This document shows, piece by piece, positions 13,171 through 27,042 of a stretch of DNA of 64,000 nucleotides. Numbering within the stretch: position 1 is the stretch's first letter; each line of letters begins with the position of its first letter. The notes beneath the pieces were generated by a model that saw only the letters and a list, made by a program, of their open reading frames with translations, ran no database searches and was not told the origin of the DNA. The stretch comes from Octopus vulgaris. Taxonomy: Eukaryota. The stretch covers positions 143,344,001-143,408,000 of the forward strand of contig OX597815.1 in the NCBI GenBank assembly GCA_951406725.2, in the 5' to 3' direction. The position numbers and the translations under genes were made by a program.

Positions 13171-13943
13171 TTACTTAAACATACTCTTCATCCCAATTTT
13201 CAACATACATTTCAACCTTCTACCAGAATATAAAATAAGCTGTAAAACAAAAGATAAAACAACTATTGATAATGCTTGTTGTGAATTACAGTTAAATCCA
13301 CATTGCGCATGAATTGTAGAGATCGGCAGGGTTACCAGATCAATTTCATAAGTAGCATAAAATTTTGAAAAAGTAACAGGTTGTGTTAAAAATGGCCCAT
13401 ACATACACATATACACAATGGGATTCTTTTAGCTCCCATCAACCAGATTCACTTACAAAGTTCTGACTGGTCCAAGATCATAGTAAAAGACATTTGGAAC
13501 AGCATGATGGGGACCAAATTTGAAAATCATTTGATTGAGAAGTAAATCTGCCCCAGTAGGATTTTGAGCTTTGAAAACTTAAATTTTAAAGCAGGCCCAA
13601 CAGGTAATCATTAAAATTGAATAGGGGACAAGTAAAAGGAGAGGAAGAACCATAAGCTAATATGCAGTTCAGATCCTTAGGAGAAAACTATAAAACCCTG
13701 ATAAAGTTTCTCATCTGTTGTCCTTCATCACTTAGCGGCTTTTGGTTTAATCATACTCCATAGAGATGGAGATCAATACAGGATCTGTATAAAGGCCTCA
13801 GGATCACTCAGTTTCCCAAGTTTGGAAGAAGAGAAATAAGACCCCTTATTTTCAAACGGTTGCAATTGAAGTGCATTTTACAAAAGTCACACCAGAAATC
13901 TTCAATCCTGCCAACAACACACCAATATAGAACCGTAGTTTAC

Positions 13944-14067
13944 CTGAGTATAGATCTGATGAAGACTTGGTGGGTTTTGTGATTTCAGGTCTGTGTTGTC
14001 TTCGACCTCTTGTCTGGATACTAGCCTGGGTTAACAACGGGGACTCTCGACTTCCATAGATCTGGTC
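13944..14067 (-). CDS. SASH1: SASH1-like gene, exon D (DQIYGSRESPLLTQASIQTRGRRQHRPEITKPTKSSSDLYS)
   Basis: Acceptor ccttttatttcag|, donor tcag|gtaaac, 124 nt, phase 0 to 1. CpG-containing, coding-like composition. Confidence 0.8.
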
Positions 14068-14087
14068 CTGAAATAAAAGGGCATACA

Positions 14088-14088
14088 T

Positions 14089-14124
<36 letters not shown>

Positions 14125-14139
14125 CAGCAGCAGCAGCGG

Positions 14140-14176
<37 letters not shown>

Positions 14177-14300
14177 AGCAGCAGCAGCAATAGTAATGTT
14201 AGTGATGGTAGTAGCAGTAGCAATGTTGGTGATAGCAGCAGTAGTAGTAAGGTTAGTATTAGTAGTATTTGCAGCAATAGCAGCAGCAGTGGTGGTGACA
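14088..14300. repeat. Compound (AGT)n/(AGC)n trinucleotide microsatellite next to the exon D acceptor
   Basis: Seen directly. A similar tract lies at 3303-3400. Confidence 0.9.
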
Positions 14301-14579
14301 ACATTAATTGTAATTAAGAGCATTCAAAGTAATTATGACAACATCAACAACAACAATAACATCTACAACACTGGTTACAGTAATAATGACAAAGACAACA
14401 AGGAAAATGTGGAGTCAGGACATTCATGCTTTTCCCAAGAATAAAGCTAATATTGAGCCGAATTGTTCCTTATCATATCACTGGTACTTGTTTAGCTCTA
14501 AGTCAGTTTTGGCCCAGATCTATGGTCAAAGACATTCCAGTTGCAGCCATACTGTTTTTTATTTAGCCACAGTATATAT

Positions 14580-14792
14580 TCTTTTCCACTCTAGGCACAA
14601 GGCCTGAAATTTTGGGGAGGGCCCAGTCAATTAGATCAACCCCAGTATGCAACTGGTACTTAATTTATCGACTCTAAAAGGATGAAAGGCAAAGTCGACT
14701 TCAGTGGAATTTGAACTCAGAATGTAAAGACAGATAGAATACTACTAAGCATTCCGTCTGGTGTACTAACATTTCTATCAACTCGCCGCCTT
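14580..14792 (-). mobile_element. SINE family M copy
   Basis: ctggtacttaatttatcgac...aaaggatgaaaggcaaagtcgac...atttgaactcag. Confidence 0.8.
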
Positions 14793-15539
14793 TCAGTCAT
14801 AGTATGTATAGTCATGCTAACTGCATACAGTTATGCAAAATCACAAGAGTTCCATCTCCATGTGTAGGGTGTCAGTTACGTCTACCTTGGGGTTCTGTAT
14901 ATTGACACAATGGTGGTGGTGGTGGTAATTATGATGTTGATAATAAAGACAATTATGCTAATGAGAGTGGGGAGCATACAGGGAAGAGGAAGACACTAAA
15001 TAAGCAATGATGAGATCAAATCTGAGGAGAATAGATGTCTCAGAAAAAGATGTCAAAAGACTGACAATTAGGTGCCTAGCTGACCTGTTCAACCCACATC
15101 AGCATGGAAAAATAGCAGGAAATTATTAGTTATTGGTCATTTCATAAATAAATATAGATGACTTCTGTTTTAATTACTGGGTCTGGAGGAAGTGGAAGAG
15201 CCGATGGCCTTTACAGACCCTCCTAAACCAGTGAGACTGGTGTTATTAATGTTCTCCTTCATTTGTGGGGAAGACATGAGAGAAAGAGAATTCTAGAGAG
15301 CTGACATTTTGGGAAAGAAATAAAAGATGCAGTGATTAGTACAGGGCTGGACACAACAAAGGGTAGTTATGAGAAGAGGTGAGATAGTGGGTCAGGAACA
15401 CCTGCATAAAAGTGGTATGAACCCTGCCAGCTGTGAGGAGCAGAGGCCATTATAGTATAGTAGAAAAAAGAGAGCAAAGACAGTATGCATGTGGGTCAGA
15501 GTCTGGAGCATGTCTGTAAATTACTTTATATCAATTAAT

Positions 15540-15725
15540 TGGATAGCTTTTTCCAGATGCAGTGTATGATGTCTGTATGTGCGCTGCAACAGCACCATCC
15601 AAGATGTGAGAGCAATACTCCACTGGTCGTCTCATCTGAGCCTTGTAGAGTGTCGATAATTGTTGGGGGCTGAAATATCTTTTGGACCTAAAAAGAAGGT
15701 CCAGTCGGTGGGATGTGGTCCTAGC
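15540..15725 (-). mobile_element. Decayed CR1/Jockey-group LINE RT C-terminal fragment
   Basis: Translation RLDLLFRSKRYFSPQQLSTLYKAQMRRPVEYCSHILDGA. Same family as 4200-4480. Confidence 0.65.
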
Positions 15726-15830
15726 TATAAGGTTGTGTGTGTGTGTGTGAGAGAGAGAGAGAGTTCGTGAATGTGAGAGAAAGAGTGTGTGTGTGTGTGT
15801 ATAAACAAGTATGTAAGCTCATAAAAATGA

Positions 15831-16150
15831 AAGCACATGGCCTAATGGTTAGGGGATTCAGCTAATGATCCTAAGGTCATGAGTTCGATTCCCAGCAGTG
15901 TATTGTGTCCTTGAGCGAGACACTTTATCTCATGTTGCTCCAGTCTACTCAGCTGGCAAAAATGGGTTGTACCTGCAATTCAAAGGGCCAACCTTGTCAC
16001 ATTCTATGACACACTCAATCTCCCTAAGAACTACTTTAAGGGTACAGATGTCTGTGGAGTATTCAGCCATATGCACATTAATTTCATGAGCAGGCTGTTC
16101 CATTGATCAGATCAGCTGGAATCTCATCATCACAACTGACAGAGTGCCAG
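15831..16150 (+). mobile_element. tRNA-derived SINE family C variant
   Basis: tggcctaatggttagg A box, gagttcgattccc B box, gtgtccttgagcgagacactt CORE-like segment. Confidence 0.75.
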
Positions 16151-16859
16151 TCTAATTGGTTTAAAGTTCATAAAAGCCAATACCACACATAAATATACAC
16201 TCCTCCTTTCTCACTAGCCATGACAATATTTAGTCATAGAAACTCTTCATAAAAGCATATATAGGAGGCTCTAATGTCAATGTAATCAACCCATATAAAA
16301 GAGAATTAGCGTAGTGAGTGCATCCAAGTTTGTATTTTGAACGCATAAAAACAATGGACATTGAATAAATAAAAAATTTAAGAGATGTGCAGTCTAATGT
16401 TTATTATTTTATCAGCAATTACTTTGAAGTTCCACCAGTCATAGCTTGTTCAAACAGTGTGTATGAGTAAGTATATCCATCAAGTGTGTGTGATACAGTA
16501 ACACCAACAATTTTCAACTGTAATGCCATTAAGAAAAATCTGCACCAGTAAAACTAGTCTAACTTATATGTTGCTAATTTCTTTCCTAAGACAGGTTAAA
16601 TATAATTGCACAACTAAAAAAACTATGTGTAGCCTAGTTTTTAGAATAGGAACTCAGAGCCTCTGCATATCCAAAATAGGCAATGGAAATGGTTAATGTC
16701 AGGAAGGACATCAGAACATAAAACACTACTCCAAGAAGCTTGGTTAGCCCATTAACAGTATGGAGGAGCAATTGTAAGTGCAATATATATATATACATGC
16801 AGACATAGAGATATATACATAAATACACCATCATCTCTAACATTAGAATAGTCATAATT

Positions 16860-17130
16860 TTCAGGTGCATGTGCAATTGGTTCTACATGTGAGCAGGTGG
16901 ATGTATATTGTACATTTGGATATACATGTGTTCAGTTGGGATCCATGTGTGCAGTTAACTGAACATGCACATAATTGTCTGTACATGTGAGCAGTTGGCT
17001 GTGCATCAGTGCAGTTACAGTGAGTATGTACAGTTGGTAGTACAGGTCTGATGTTGAAGGTGCTTGTATGCAGTTGGTTGTACATCAGTGCGTTTGTAGG
17101 TGAATGTATGCAGGTGGAATTGCAGTTATG
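16860..17130. repeat. Degenerate ~20-24-bp minisatellite (gtgcagttggttgtacat-like)
   Basis: About 11 diverged gcagttg/gcaggtg...tacat units. Confidence 0.6.
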
Positions 17131-17801
17131 ACAGACAGAAAGTTTAGAAAAATTCATTCAAAACTAATGTGGAAACTAAGATATAACAAAGTTAACAACA
17201 ACAACAACAATAACAATAATTATAATGAAAATAATTAATTGTAATAGTAAATAATAAATAAACAATAACAACAACAATGATAATTATAATAGTTTCATCA
17301 TTATTTCCACAAGAGTGATGAATGAGGGGACATTACAGGAATAGGATACCAAAAAGTGTAGGTATCCATACTGAAATCAAATGAATAAGGTTTGTTCAAT
17401 GCAGACTGATGTGAAGATGAACAACATTATAATTAATTGATATATAAACTATAATCAGTTTTTACAGACAAAAATCAATCCATTCATTCTAACTGAAGAT
17501 TCATATGTCTCTGGAGGAGGGTTTTAACATGACTGCTCTATCAGATTTGAAAACTCATCTCTGCATGTCAATCTCTACCATATTATTATATCAATGATAT
17601 AGTATGGTTCTGCTAACTCTTTTTCCATGACACAAAGCTTGACATGAAATTCCAGGAGCTAGTTACCTGTACACCAAATCATACCTGAGTATCTGTGCTT
17701 TCCTTTAAATATTTGCTCTCTTTCTCTCTGTCTCTCAACAATACCCATAGTGAGTCCCTGCAGCTCTTTTATAATTGAAAGGCAAGCACAGATATTCTTA
17801 A

Positions 17802-18019
17802 CCTTTTAGCATTTAAAGCAGCCATAACAGACCCAAATATTGTACCTGTTTTATGTTAAAATTGGCCGGATCTAAACTTTTACACCTACCCTACAATGTC
17901 ATTAAAAACATAATCAATCATATCATCAAGATCTTGAAGTTACAATATTATACATAACTAATTCAAAACAATGAATAAATAAGCATTACATTTGACAGAA
18001 TAACCTGAATGCTACAGGA
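17802..18019. mobile_element. piggyBac-type MITE
   Basis: TTAA at both ends, TIR cctttagcatt / aatgctacagg. Inverted copy of 37463-37673. Confidence 0.75.
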
Positions 18020-19169
18020 TTAAATCTTGTGCCTCTGATGTCACAGAATCTTCCAGAATAATATTAAAACTGTTGAGCATCCTTCTGGATTTCAACAGCA
18101 GGTGTCAGAGCCTTTGATAAGTATAGCTGCTACAGTTTGTCTGTAAGTGATATACAAGTAATTTCTATGCTAAAGGTGGCCCCATTCATCTAGTCAAAAG
18201 CTCTACAGACAGTTTATAACCATGACAAGATTAGATGACTATCTAGGTAACATAGGTACAAACACATGGCAACTATCCACAAATCCAATCTCTTCATAAT
18301 GCCTATAGTACAACTCAGAATATTTGCACACATGACATAAGGGATCAAATATTATATATGACATGCTACTGGGAGCATCACATATATATTTATATATTGT
18401 TGTTTAGCCCAAAGTCAGCCTTGATTAAGCAGACCCAAGCTTTCCAGACATGAGATATGACCATCCAATATTCTTCCTTAACACAGGGCACCCACAAGAT
18501 CCAATGTGTCATGCTTATGTCACAAATAGTTAGACAATTAATTAACCAAGAGAATCTAAAATTCTCAAAAGAATAAAAACAAAAAAGAACAGAGAAATTA
18601 CTTCCCAAGATTTTTCAACAAAACAAACTATTTACGAAAGACAATCTTTACATCCATCTTAACATAGATGTATTGTTAGAGTGCTGGATACTACATTATT
18701 TACCTTGAGAGAACCTCTCATATTAATGCATTGGGCATAAAAGCACACATATTTATATCACTGGCAGACAAGAACTGCCAGGTCACATAATTTGTCTCTT
18801 GGTATTACTACTGCTTCTGTCACTTTTATTTTTTTACTTTTCAGTCGTTTGACTGGGGCCATGCTGAAGCACCACCTTTAGTCAAGCAAATCGACCCCAA
18901 GACTTATTCTTTGTAAGCCTAGTACTTATTCTAACAGCCTAATAATTACTTATTCTATCACTAATAATTCTTTTTCAATAAGCCTGCAGGCTATTTGTAA
19001 CATTAGTGCCTGAAAAGCCACTGAAATTGTTTACAGGGGTGGGGTATCTAAAAGTAACTGGAAACATTCCCTGTGGGATAAAGCCCATAGTAGTTCAGGC
19101 TTCCTCTGCTAGAAGCCACTTGATGCGACCCTCAGGCATCAGTCTGTTGACTGGCAGCATCAGGTGGGG

Positions 19170-19890
19170 TTGTACTGTCAAGTGGTGCATCATTGTTTTG
19201 TAGCGCTTCTTCCCTGTTCGTCGATTTTTACAATGGCTGAAATGAAGGAACAACATGCTTCCATGAAATTCTGTTTTCCACTGGGGAAAACGGTGACTGA
19301 AACAGTTGTCATGCTTCAAACAGCTTACAAGGATGCTGCCATGAACAAAACACTAGTTTGTGAGTGGTTTTCACTCTTTAGGGATGGTCACTTGTCGCTC
19401 ATAGACAACCTCTTTCAGAGCAACTGTTGACCTCCTGAAGAAATGAAAACATCACAAAATTCATGAAGCCACCAAAAATCAACAAACTTGTTGATATGAC
19501 TGGTGTGTCCTGGAGCTCCTGCCAATGGATTTTGAGCAAGGAATTGCGAAAGAAAAGTGTTGCATCACATTTTGTGCCTTGCTTGCTCATAACTGAATGC
19601 ATGTTGTGAACTGAAAGAACAGTTGCAAGTTGATCCAAGATTTTTTGATGGTCATCATTGGTGATGAAAGCTGCTGCTATGGAATTTGCAGATGTGGAAG
19701 AGGTGAACCAAAGCACCAATGAAGGTGTTAAAAGGCATCTCTTTGCAAGAGTTCTAATACTGCTTTGACCAGTGGAAAATGCATCTGGACCGATGCATTG
19801 CTTCAAATGGAGAATAATTTGAAGGCAATAAAAGAGTAAATATGTAAAACCAAGTAGATAAAATAACACTGCAAAATTCCAGTTTCTTTC
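19170..19890 (+). mobile_element. Decayed mariner transposase remnant
   Basis: EQHASMKFCFPLGKTVTETVVMLQTAYKDAAMNKTLVCEWFSLFRDG is the mariner N-terminal HTH. Further on are gtcatcattggtgatgaaagc (IxGDES) and a C-terminal tggaaaatgcatctggaccgatgcattgcttcaaatggag (WxxCIxxxG) block. Internally deleted. Confidence 0.85.
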
Positions 19891-20499
19891 GTATATCATT
19901 GAGAGTGAAATTTGATTTGCAGCTATCAGGCATCTTCCACTGAAGAGACAGAGCATGTCGAAATCACATGACCTGGCAGTTCTGATACCTGTAGCAGTCA
20001 ATTCTTGCCTGTCGGTGATATAAATAGGCATACTTTATGCACCATATGTCCATATGAGACATCTTGTAAAAATAAATAACAGAGTATTCTGCACTTTAAT
20101 ACTACATCAATGTTAAGTTGGATATAAAATTTGCTTTTTAGTACTAATACTGCTTTTGTCACTAATAATTATATATATATGAAAGAATTTATTGCAGTGT
20201 GAATTCTAACAAAATATTCCAGTGTCTCTCAGAAACCTCTTTTTAAATGAATGGATGACAGTAGAAGAAACAAAAAGACAATAAAAATTCAACAATCACA
20301 CCAGTTTTGAAATTTATAGACTTCACTCCATACATGCATATATGTATACATAATAAGTAATACACATAAAATACATATATACATACATAAATATATATAC
20401 ATACATAGATATATACATGCATGTATATATATAAATAATAGGAGTTTATAAAATAAATAAAAGAAATAGTGTACTCAATACAATATTAAATTGAAATAA

Positions 20500-20761
20500 A
20501 ATATAATATAGTCCATTAAAGATAATACATCATTGCTTCTTGTTTCATGTCTAGTCGAAAGCTAAGCAATCTTCAGATGAAAAGCAAAACCATTTGCTCA
20601 AAAAAAAAAGAAGCAAAATATATCTGAAAAAACTTCTGGTATTGCATGCATGGTTAAAAAATTATAATGGGCATAACTCATGTATATAAGAAGGAAGTGT
20701 TATTTCCTTTGAGTAGTTAGAGAATTATAGGATTTAGAAAATAAAATTTCATGTATATAAA

Positions 20762-20800
<39 letters not shown>

Positions 20801-21560
20801 AAAAAATAAACATAAAATAAGAATATTAAAAATTAAAATTTAAAGAAATAGAAAAAAACAGTGGGGAACATAAGTAAAATAGTATAGGAATTTATCAGAA
20901 AATATAGGAGATTACAAAGAGTATGAGTTGAGGAAGGGCAATTAATGGCGAAAACAAGAAGAGTAAAAATAGTGAGGTATCCACCTAAACTGCTGTATAA
21001 AAAGATAACAGTATCTAAGGTTACAAAATGAAGAGTCTTTAATAATTAATTATTGATCTATTTAATCAGATAGTGATGTGGTATTCTAATTTTTAGGAGG
21101 TATTTTTCAAAGTGGTAGCATTTAGTAAAAATTTCTGATCTTGCATTTGGATAATTAACAGATTTGCTAGGTTTTTTTCAGTACGACTGAGATATTATTT
21201 AAATTTACATTCCACCCTACCTACACAGAAGTTTCACTCTGTACTAAGGTTTAGTTTGGTAGAGGTGACTTAACAGATATGTGCACACATAACTGATAAT
21301 GTGCTTAAATATTTATTCAAGAAAACTCAAATGGTAAGGTTTTAAGATGTTTTATAAATCTTCACTGTATCACCAATTGAATGGATCTGGAGCATGCAAG
21401 TTAGATTACGGTGTTCTAAAAGGAAATCATAAACATATATATGTGTTTATGACCAACCAATTCTACCTATAGGCTTTACCAAACTGACAAAATGCCCAGT
21501 ATGATATAGCTTGTAACTAGATCCTACAACTAAGATAGGAAAAGAGATTACAAAATAAAA
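20500..21560 (-). mobile_element. Decayed Penelope-like element 3' portion
   Basis: Minus-strand translation near 21090-21140 gives RSEIFTKCYHFEKYLL, resembling the PLE (Naiad-type) GIY-YIG C-terminus. Downstream is a hammerhead-like CTGAAGA...GAAAC motif at 20542-20576. Confidence 0.55.
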
Positions 21561-22210
21561 TCCTACAAACACAATGAGTTGCTGGAACAGTGAAGATCAG
21601 AAAGCCCTGTCAAAATTCTATTGGTTTAAATAATATTTAACATAATTTTATACACATATACATGTATATACCTACACACACATATATATAGATACACACA
21701 CAAACATACATTCATATATATATATAAGTGAACATACGAACCTCTATATGCATACACTTATGGAGACAAATAAATATTACAATATAAACACTACACAAAC
21801 AACAGAAGTGCAGGATTTCAGATGCTGAATATATAACTATTAGTTAATGGTTTCAATTTCAGCTAGATGTATCTTCCTGTATCCACAGACAATATACAAG
21901 ATGCATGACACTGTAATCCACTTTTTCATAAATATATTTAGTTTTAGGAAAGAGCATTTGACTATTGGAAGCACAATTCTATAAACCAATATTAATGATT
22001 GCATTGTTAGAGCGATATATAACTAAAGAATCAGTGTTTTCATTTTAGATGTATTATAATGGTAGGGAGGTCAGTTCTGGACCTATTTACCATAGGGACA
22101 TGAATGCATCACAATACCTGTGTCAATCTACCTAACATGCAACAGGTAGCACTACCTCTTCTAATATGTATGGTTAGCACTAAAAAGGAGTAACAATATA
22201 TATATATATA

Positions 22211-22428
22211 TGGTATGGAAGTAAAAAGTTCCTGGCTTGAAAGGTATTGCGAGAAGCCTGGTTGGAGGCCCAACATTCCAAACTCTTTTACAGAGCTTAG
22301 AAAAACTGAAGGACCACTGCAATAAGTGTGTGAATCTGGGAGGGGAATATGTTCAATAATATCATAATTAACTGATCTTCCTGCATTTTTTTTTACCTAA
22401 AGCCAGGAACTTTTTAGCAACCATCATA
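22211..22428 (+). mobile_element. Mariner-derived MITE
   Basis: Inverted repeats aaaaagttcctggctt / aagccaggaacttttt in (TA)n. The interior retains the transposase C-terminus (KLKDHCNKCVNLGGEYV). Confidence 0.8.
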
Positions 22429-22655
22429 TATATATATATATATATATACATACAAACAACTAATATATCTATAGTAACCAAAAGAACTGATGTAAAGTAA
22501 TTAATGTAGTCAGTGTTTAGGATTAACACTGACGAAACACTGATATGTAGATTTATATACACTCTGTAATGTCCATCAGAGGACAGAACTGATTTATATT
22601 ACATGTAGTATCACTATTCTACAAAAGAGTAAACCTTCTGCAATGTTCTCCGGAT

Positions 22656-23501
22656 CAGTGGCTCTCAACCAGGAACCAAATGTCCCCAGTGGATCATTCT
22701 ATATAGTTAGAGTGCCACTTGAAGAAAAGGAATATTTTGTGGCATGGAATGTTCTGAGGCTGCCACTCATAAATTTAATTGTGAAAATATATGATCCCTT
22801 TGTCATAATCCTTATATTTCATTGGGCTAATTTCAACAACATAATATTGAGCATTATATCAGTTTAATACCCTAATACTATCCAGCTGCTAGTCAACATT
22901 TCAATTGTTTACTGTTATTTGCTACTATCTTGCGACTAACATTTATAACGATATTTTATTATATTGTACTATCTAGTGACCATTACAATAGTTTTGCTAC
23001 TTTGTACTACTGTCTAGCTACTAAACAAGATTACAATAGTTTATTACTATGTACTGCTAATCTAGCTAATAAAAATAAAATTCAAGACAATCACTTAGAA
23101 ATAAAAGTATTTAACATTTTTATGACAATTCACAAAGAGTAAACTTATAATAATGCAAAACTGGACATTAATATATCTTTTATGTTTTAAAATTATACAT
23201 ATCTTTTATATTTTTAAATAAAGAGCATGTAATTAAATTTAATTTTTGGCAGTTAGTTTATTCTTGTACTAAACAACTACGTCTTTTTAGAATTGTGCTT
23301 GCGACTACATATTTTTATCTTAATGGAAATGGTTGGTTTTGTAAACTGCTACAAACACTTTGTTCTTAAACAATATAGCTGTAATTAATAAACAATGCAA
23401 TGATAAATTATTTTAAATCATAAGCTTCTATGAGAAGGTCAGTGAGGTAATTTGGGCTCAGAATTTGGGGCCAATAAGCAAAAAATGGTTGAGAAGCACT
23501 G
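22656..23501. mobile_element. Non-autonomous hAT (Charlie-like) element
   Basis: TIRs cagtggctctcaacc / ggttgagaagcactg, with a degenerate 8-bp TSD ctccggat / ctctgaat. Confidence 0.75.
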
Positions 23502-23509
23502 CTCTGAAT

Positions 23510-23870
23510 GATATACGCAGCAGTATATCATCTTAACACTCTACACTATATACAATCGACAGTATATACTAAATGGTATATACAATCTACAGTAGATACT
23601 AAATGGTATGTATTGTTGTATACTATACTTTACACAATGTAGTGTACATGAAATGACATACAGGGCTTAATACACTATGCAATGTGGACAAGATGTATAC
23701 AGTACTATACACTCTGTAGTATATGCTAACTGATAGACACTGCTGTACAGAACACTATGCGGTTTTCTCTAAATTACATAAATCACTTTACTGTATACAG
23801 ACTGCAGTATGCACCAAATGATACACTTTGTTGTGCACATTCTGTTAGGTACACTAGATGACAGATAAAT
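23510..23870. repeat. Degenerate ~30-35-bp tandem repeat (tatacactNtgcagtatatactaaatg-like)
   Basis: Clear duplicate tatacaatcNacagtaNatactaaatggtat at 23548-23610 with diverged flanking units. Confidence 0.55.
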
Positions 23871-24661
23871 CCACCTCTGGGTAGACTGATATACCACCAG
23901 CAGAGGTAATTTCTAGCTTCCTATTCTCACGTGGAACAATGAAAAATTCCTTGTCAAAGAAACAAGAAACATGTCAGACACAGGATGTGAACTCACAATA
24001 CAACAGTTGGTAGTTACATTGTTTTAATTACCTGGCCATGTTGCTAACCCTGTCCACTTGATGGTGGCATGGAAAGATATGAAGAATGAGTAACAATCAC
24101 AACAACAGTAACAACAACATCAACAACTGGTGATGAAGATTCTATGTAGTCAACATGCTTCAATGCAATCTCCTGAAATTCCTTAATATACTTCCTAGAA
24201 TTTCAAATATGAAATCGATATGAGTGAGGGGAGGAGCTTTGACATGGAGATTTTTAGACAGATCCCTTTGCAACAAAAACTCCCTACCTACTCTAAAGCA
24301 GGGACCACTAGTTCTTTGTCTTAAATGTTAGGACAGCATGTCCCCCTCACACACAGTAATGGCAGGGATGGCCACCACTAGAAGTTCAAATTAAAACATT
24401 CTGCTGTCTTGTGGCAATATGATGACATAAGGTAGCTTGAAAGCTTGAAGCTGAGCTGACCTTTGCTAGCTACTCAACAACAACAATAACAACAACAACA
24501 ACACACACAAACAAACAATTAGGTGAGAGAAAAGAGCTCATAGATTGACCAAAGTTTGATACAGTGGCTGCTTCTAGTGAAACACTAAAGAGTGTTGGTG
24601 TGCAAGGGAAGGAATAAGATGGAATAGACGAGTGTAGGAGGAGGAGGAGGAAAATTCTTAC

Positions 24662-24718
24662 ATTGATCTGTTCATCGCCCTCACCAGTCAGTCGCCGATG
24701 ATCCTCAAACCGTTTTAC
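24662..24718 (-). CDS. SASH1: SASH1-like gene, 57-nt exon C (VKRFEDHRRLTGEGDEQIN)
   Basis: Acceptor ttttctacatag|, donor aat|gtaaga, phase 0 to 0. Continues the motif (ALEVVKRFEDHRR vs SASH1 ALARLKEYEAQHRQ). Confidence 0.85.
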
Positions 24719-25094
24719 CTATGTAGAAAAATCAACTTGGTAAGCACCATTGCTTTGAAGGAGGTTTTTTTTTGGTGGCGTAGTGGCTTTTTTTTTTTTT
24801 TTTAATATCATACCTAAATATCATACCTTAACCGTAATTAATATAGATCATTATTATGATTAAAATTATTTTTAGCACTTCTAGAAATATCAGAAATAAG
24901 TTAACATAACGATATTAAAAATTATTATAGATATTAACATTATTTACTATTTTTCAGTTATTTCAATATTTTAATATTATTTTACTAATATAATTATTAT
25001 TGTAGTTGTCATCATCACTACTACTGCTACTGCTGTTGTTACTGATATTACAGTTACTACTTATCACCATCACCATCATCGTTATCTTCATTAT

Positions 25095-25306
25095 TAGAGG
25101 ATTAGACAAAGTGGTTTGTGGTATCTTTTTCAAGCTTTTTTATGTTCTGAGTTCAAATTCCACTAGGTTAACATTTTCTTTCACTCTTTCAGGATTAATA
25201 ACATAAAGTTACTAAGTACTGGGATCATTATTATCAATTAGCTACTCTCCCCAAATTACTGGTCTTGAGCCTAAATTAGAAAGAATTATCATTATTATTA
25301 TTATTA

Positions 25307-25349
<43 letters not shown>

Positions 25350-26994
25350 CATCATCATCATTATTATTATTATTATTTTTGTTATCATTATTATTAAGGC
25401 AGAATCATTAGCATGCCTGGCATTAGCGGCATTTCTGCCTGTGTTCATGATCCGAGTTCTATTGAAGTCCACTTTGCCTTTTGTGCTTTTGGGGTCAATA
25501 AAATAAGTACCAGTTGCATACTGGGGTCAAAGTAACCCCCTCCCTCAAAATTTCTGGTCTTGTGTCTATAGTAGAAAGGACTATTATCATTACTATAGAC
25601 AGTACAGTGGCAGCAGCAGTAAGTAGTAGTAGTAGTAGTAGTAAGACAGCGGATTGGCAGAATCATTAGAGTAACAGATAAAATACCTGGTGGTATTTAG
25701 TTATATCTATTTACATTTTGAGTTCAGTCCCCACTTAGGGTCAACTTTACTTCTGTCTGACCTTGTGTTAGAAATTATTATTGTTTTGTTGTATTTCACC
25801 CAAACTTTTTACATTCTCAGATCAAATTCCACAAAAGTCAACTTTGTCTTTCACCCTTTCAGGATCAATAAAATAAAGGAACAGATGGGGTCAACTAGTC
25901 CACCCCACCAACTACCCCGACCCCTGCCCCAAAAAGTGAAAATAAAAATTGCTGGCTTTTTGCCAAAATTAGAAATCATTAAAAGGACAAGCTGGTAGAA
26001 TCATTAGTGTGTTGGATAAAATGCTCAATGGTATTTCTTCCAACTCTTTACATTTTGAGTTCAAATTCTGCCAAGGTTGACTCTGCCTTCCATCCTCTTG
26101 GGGCTTGATAAAATAAGCACCAGTTGAACACTGGGACAGAAGTAATCGATTTATGAACATTCCCTAAAATTGCTGGCCTTATACCAAACATTACAAAGGA
26201 TTATCATTATTATTACTATTATTATTATTGAGAGAGTTATTATTATTATTATAGTGAGAGAGCAGTGCATGCTATCAAAGTGACACTGGGGTAAAATATA
26301 CAAAGCCCAGTATACCCATCATGACAACTCATCTGATAAAGGTACACCAGGAGACATAGTGATATCATATCAAGATAAACAGTGCATGACCTCACAGGTG
26401 GGGCCCAGTTAGAATTTTCTTCAGGTCGAGTAGCCCATCCTGCTCAAAAGGTCCCTGAATAAGGGTTGATTAAGGATGTTGTGAACCAACCAAACCCCAA
26501 AGAATTCCTCTCAACACTTGGCATTGATGCTTCCCAACTACTTCTGCTCATGATCAGAGATGCACATATTGTCAGCCACCAAGAGACATCATCAACTGGT
26601 TAAGATCAAGCAAGTGACAAACAAATCTGTGGTATTGAGCAGAATATTTGCTGTAGCCCATCTTTCATACCAAGACAAAACAATGTACATGACAGCACTT
26701 CCAATCAGTTAAGATCAGAAGCCATGAGAGCCACTGCCTGGTACTGCATCAAGCTGGTACTGTGGCGAGCTGACAGAAACGTTAGCACGCCGGGCGAAAT
26801 GCTTAACAGTATTTCGTCAGCGTTACGTTGTGAGTTCAAATTCCGCCGAGGTCGACTTTGCCTTTCATCCTTTCGGGGTCGATAAATTAAGTACCATTTA
26901 CGTACTGGGGTCGATGTAATCGACTTTATACCTATGTCTGTCCTTGTTTGTCCCCTCTGTGTTTAGCCCCTTGTGGGTAATAAAGAAATAGGTA

Positions 26995-26995
<1 letters not shown>
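25095..26995 (+). mobile_element. Head-to-tail chain of six SINE family M copies separated by (ATT)n
   Basis: Copies at ~25095, 25398, 25646, 25790, 25985 and 26764. The last is young with CpGs intact. Core gtcgactttgcctttcatcctttcggggtcgataaattaagtacc resembles the Meta/MESC SINE domain as recalled. Confidence 0.8.
26252..26752 (-). mobile_element. ~500-bp non-coding retroelement 3' portion with (AAT)n tail
   Basis: Reverse-complement copy of 28486-29035. A short terminal piece is also at 61307-61360. Confidence 0.75.

Positions 26996-27042
<47 letters not shown>

Noticed and set aside
13852-14304. 150-aa ORF with a poly-Leu signal-peptide-like N-terminus
   Set aside because: The poly-Leu is an intronic trinucleotide repeat. 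Only 13944-14067 is bounded by splice sites.
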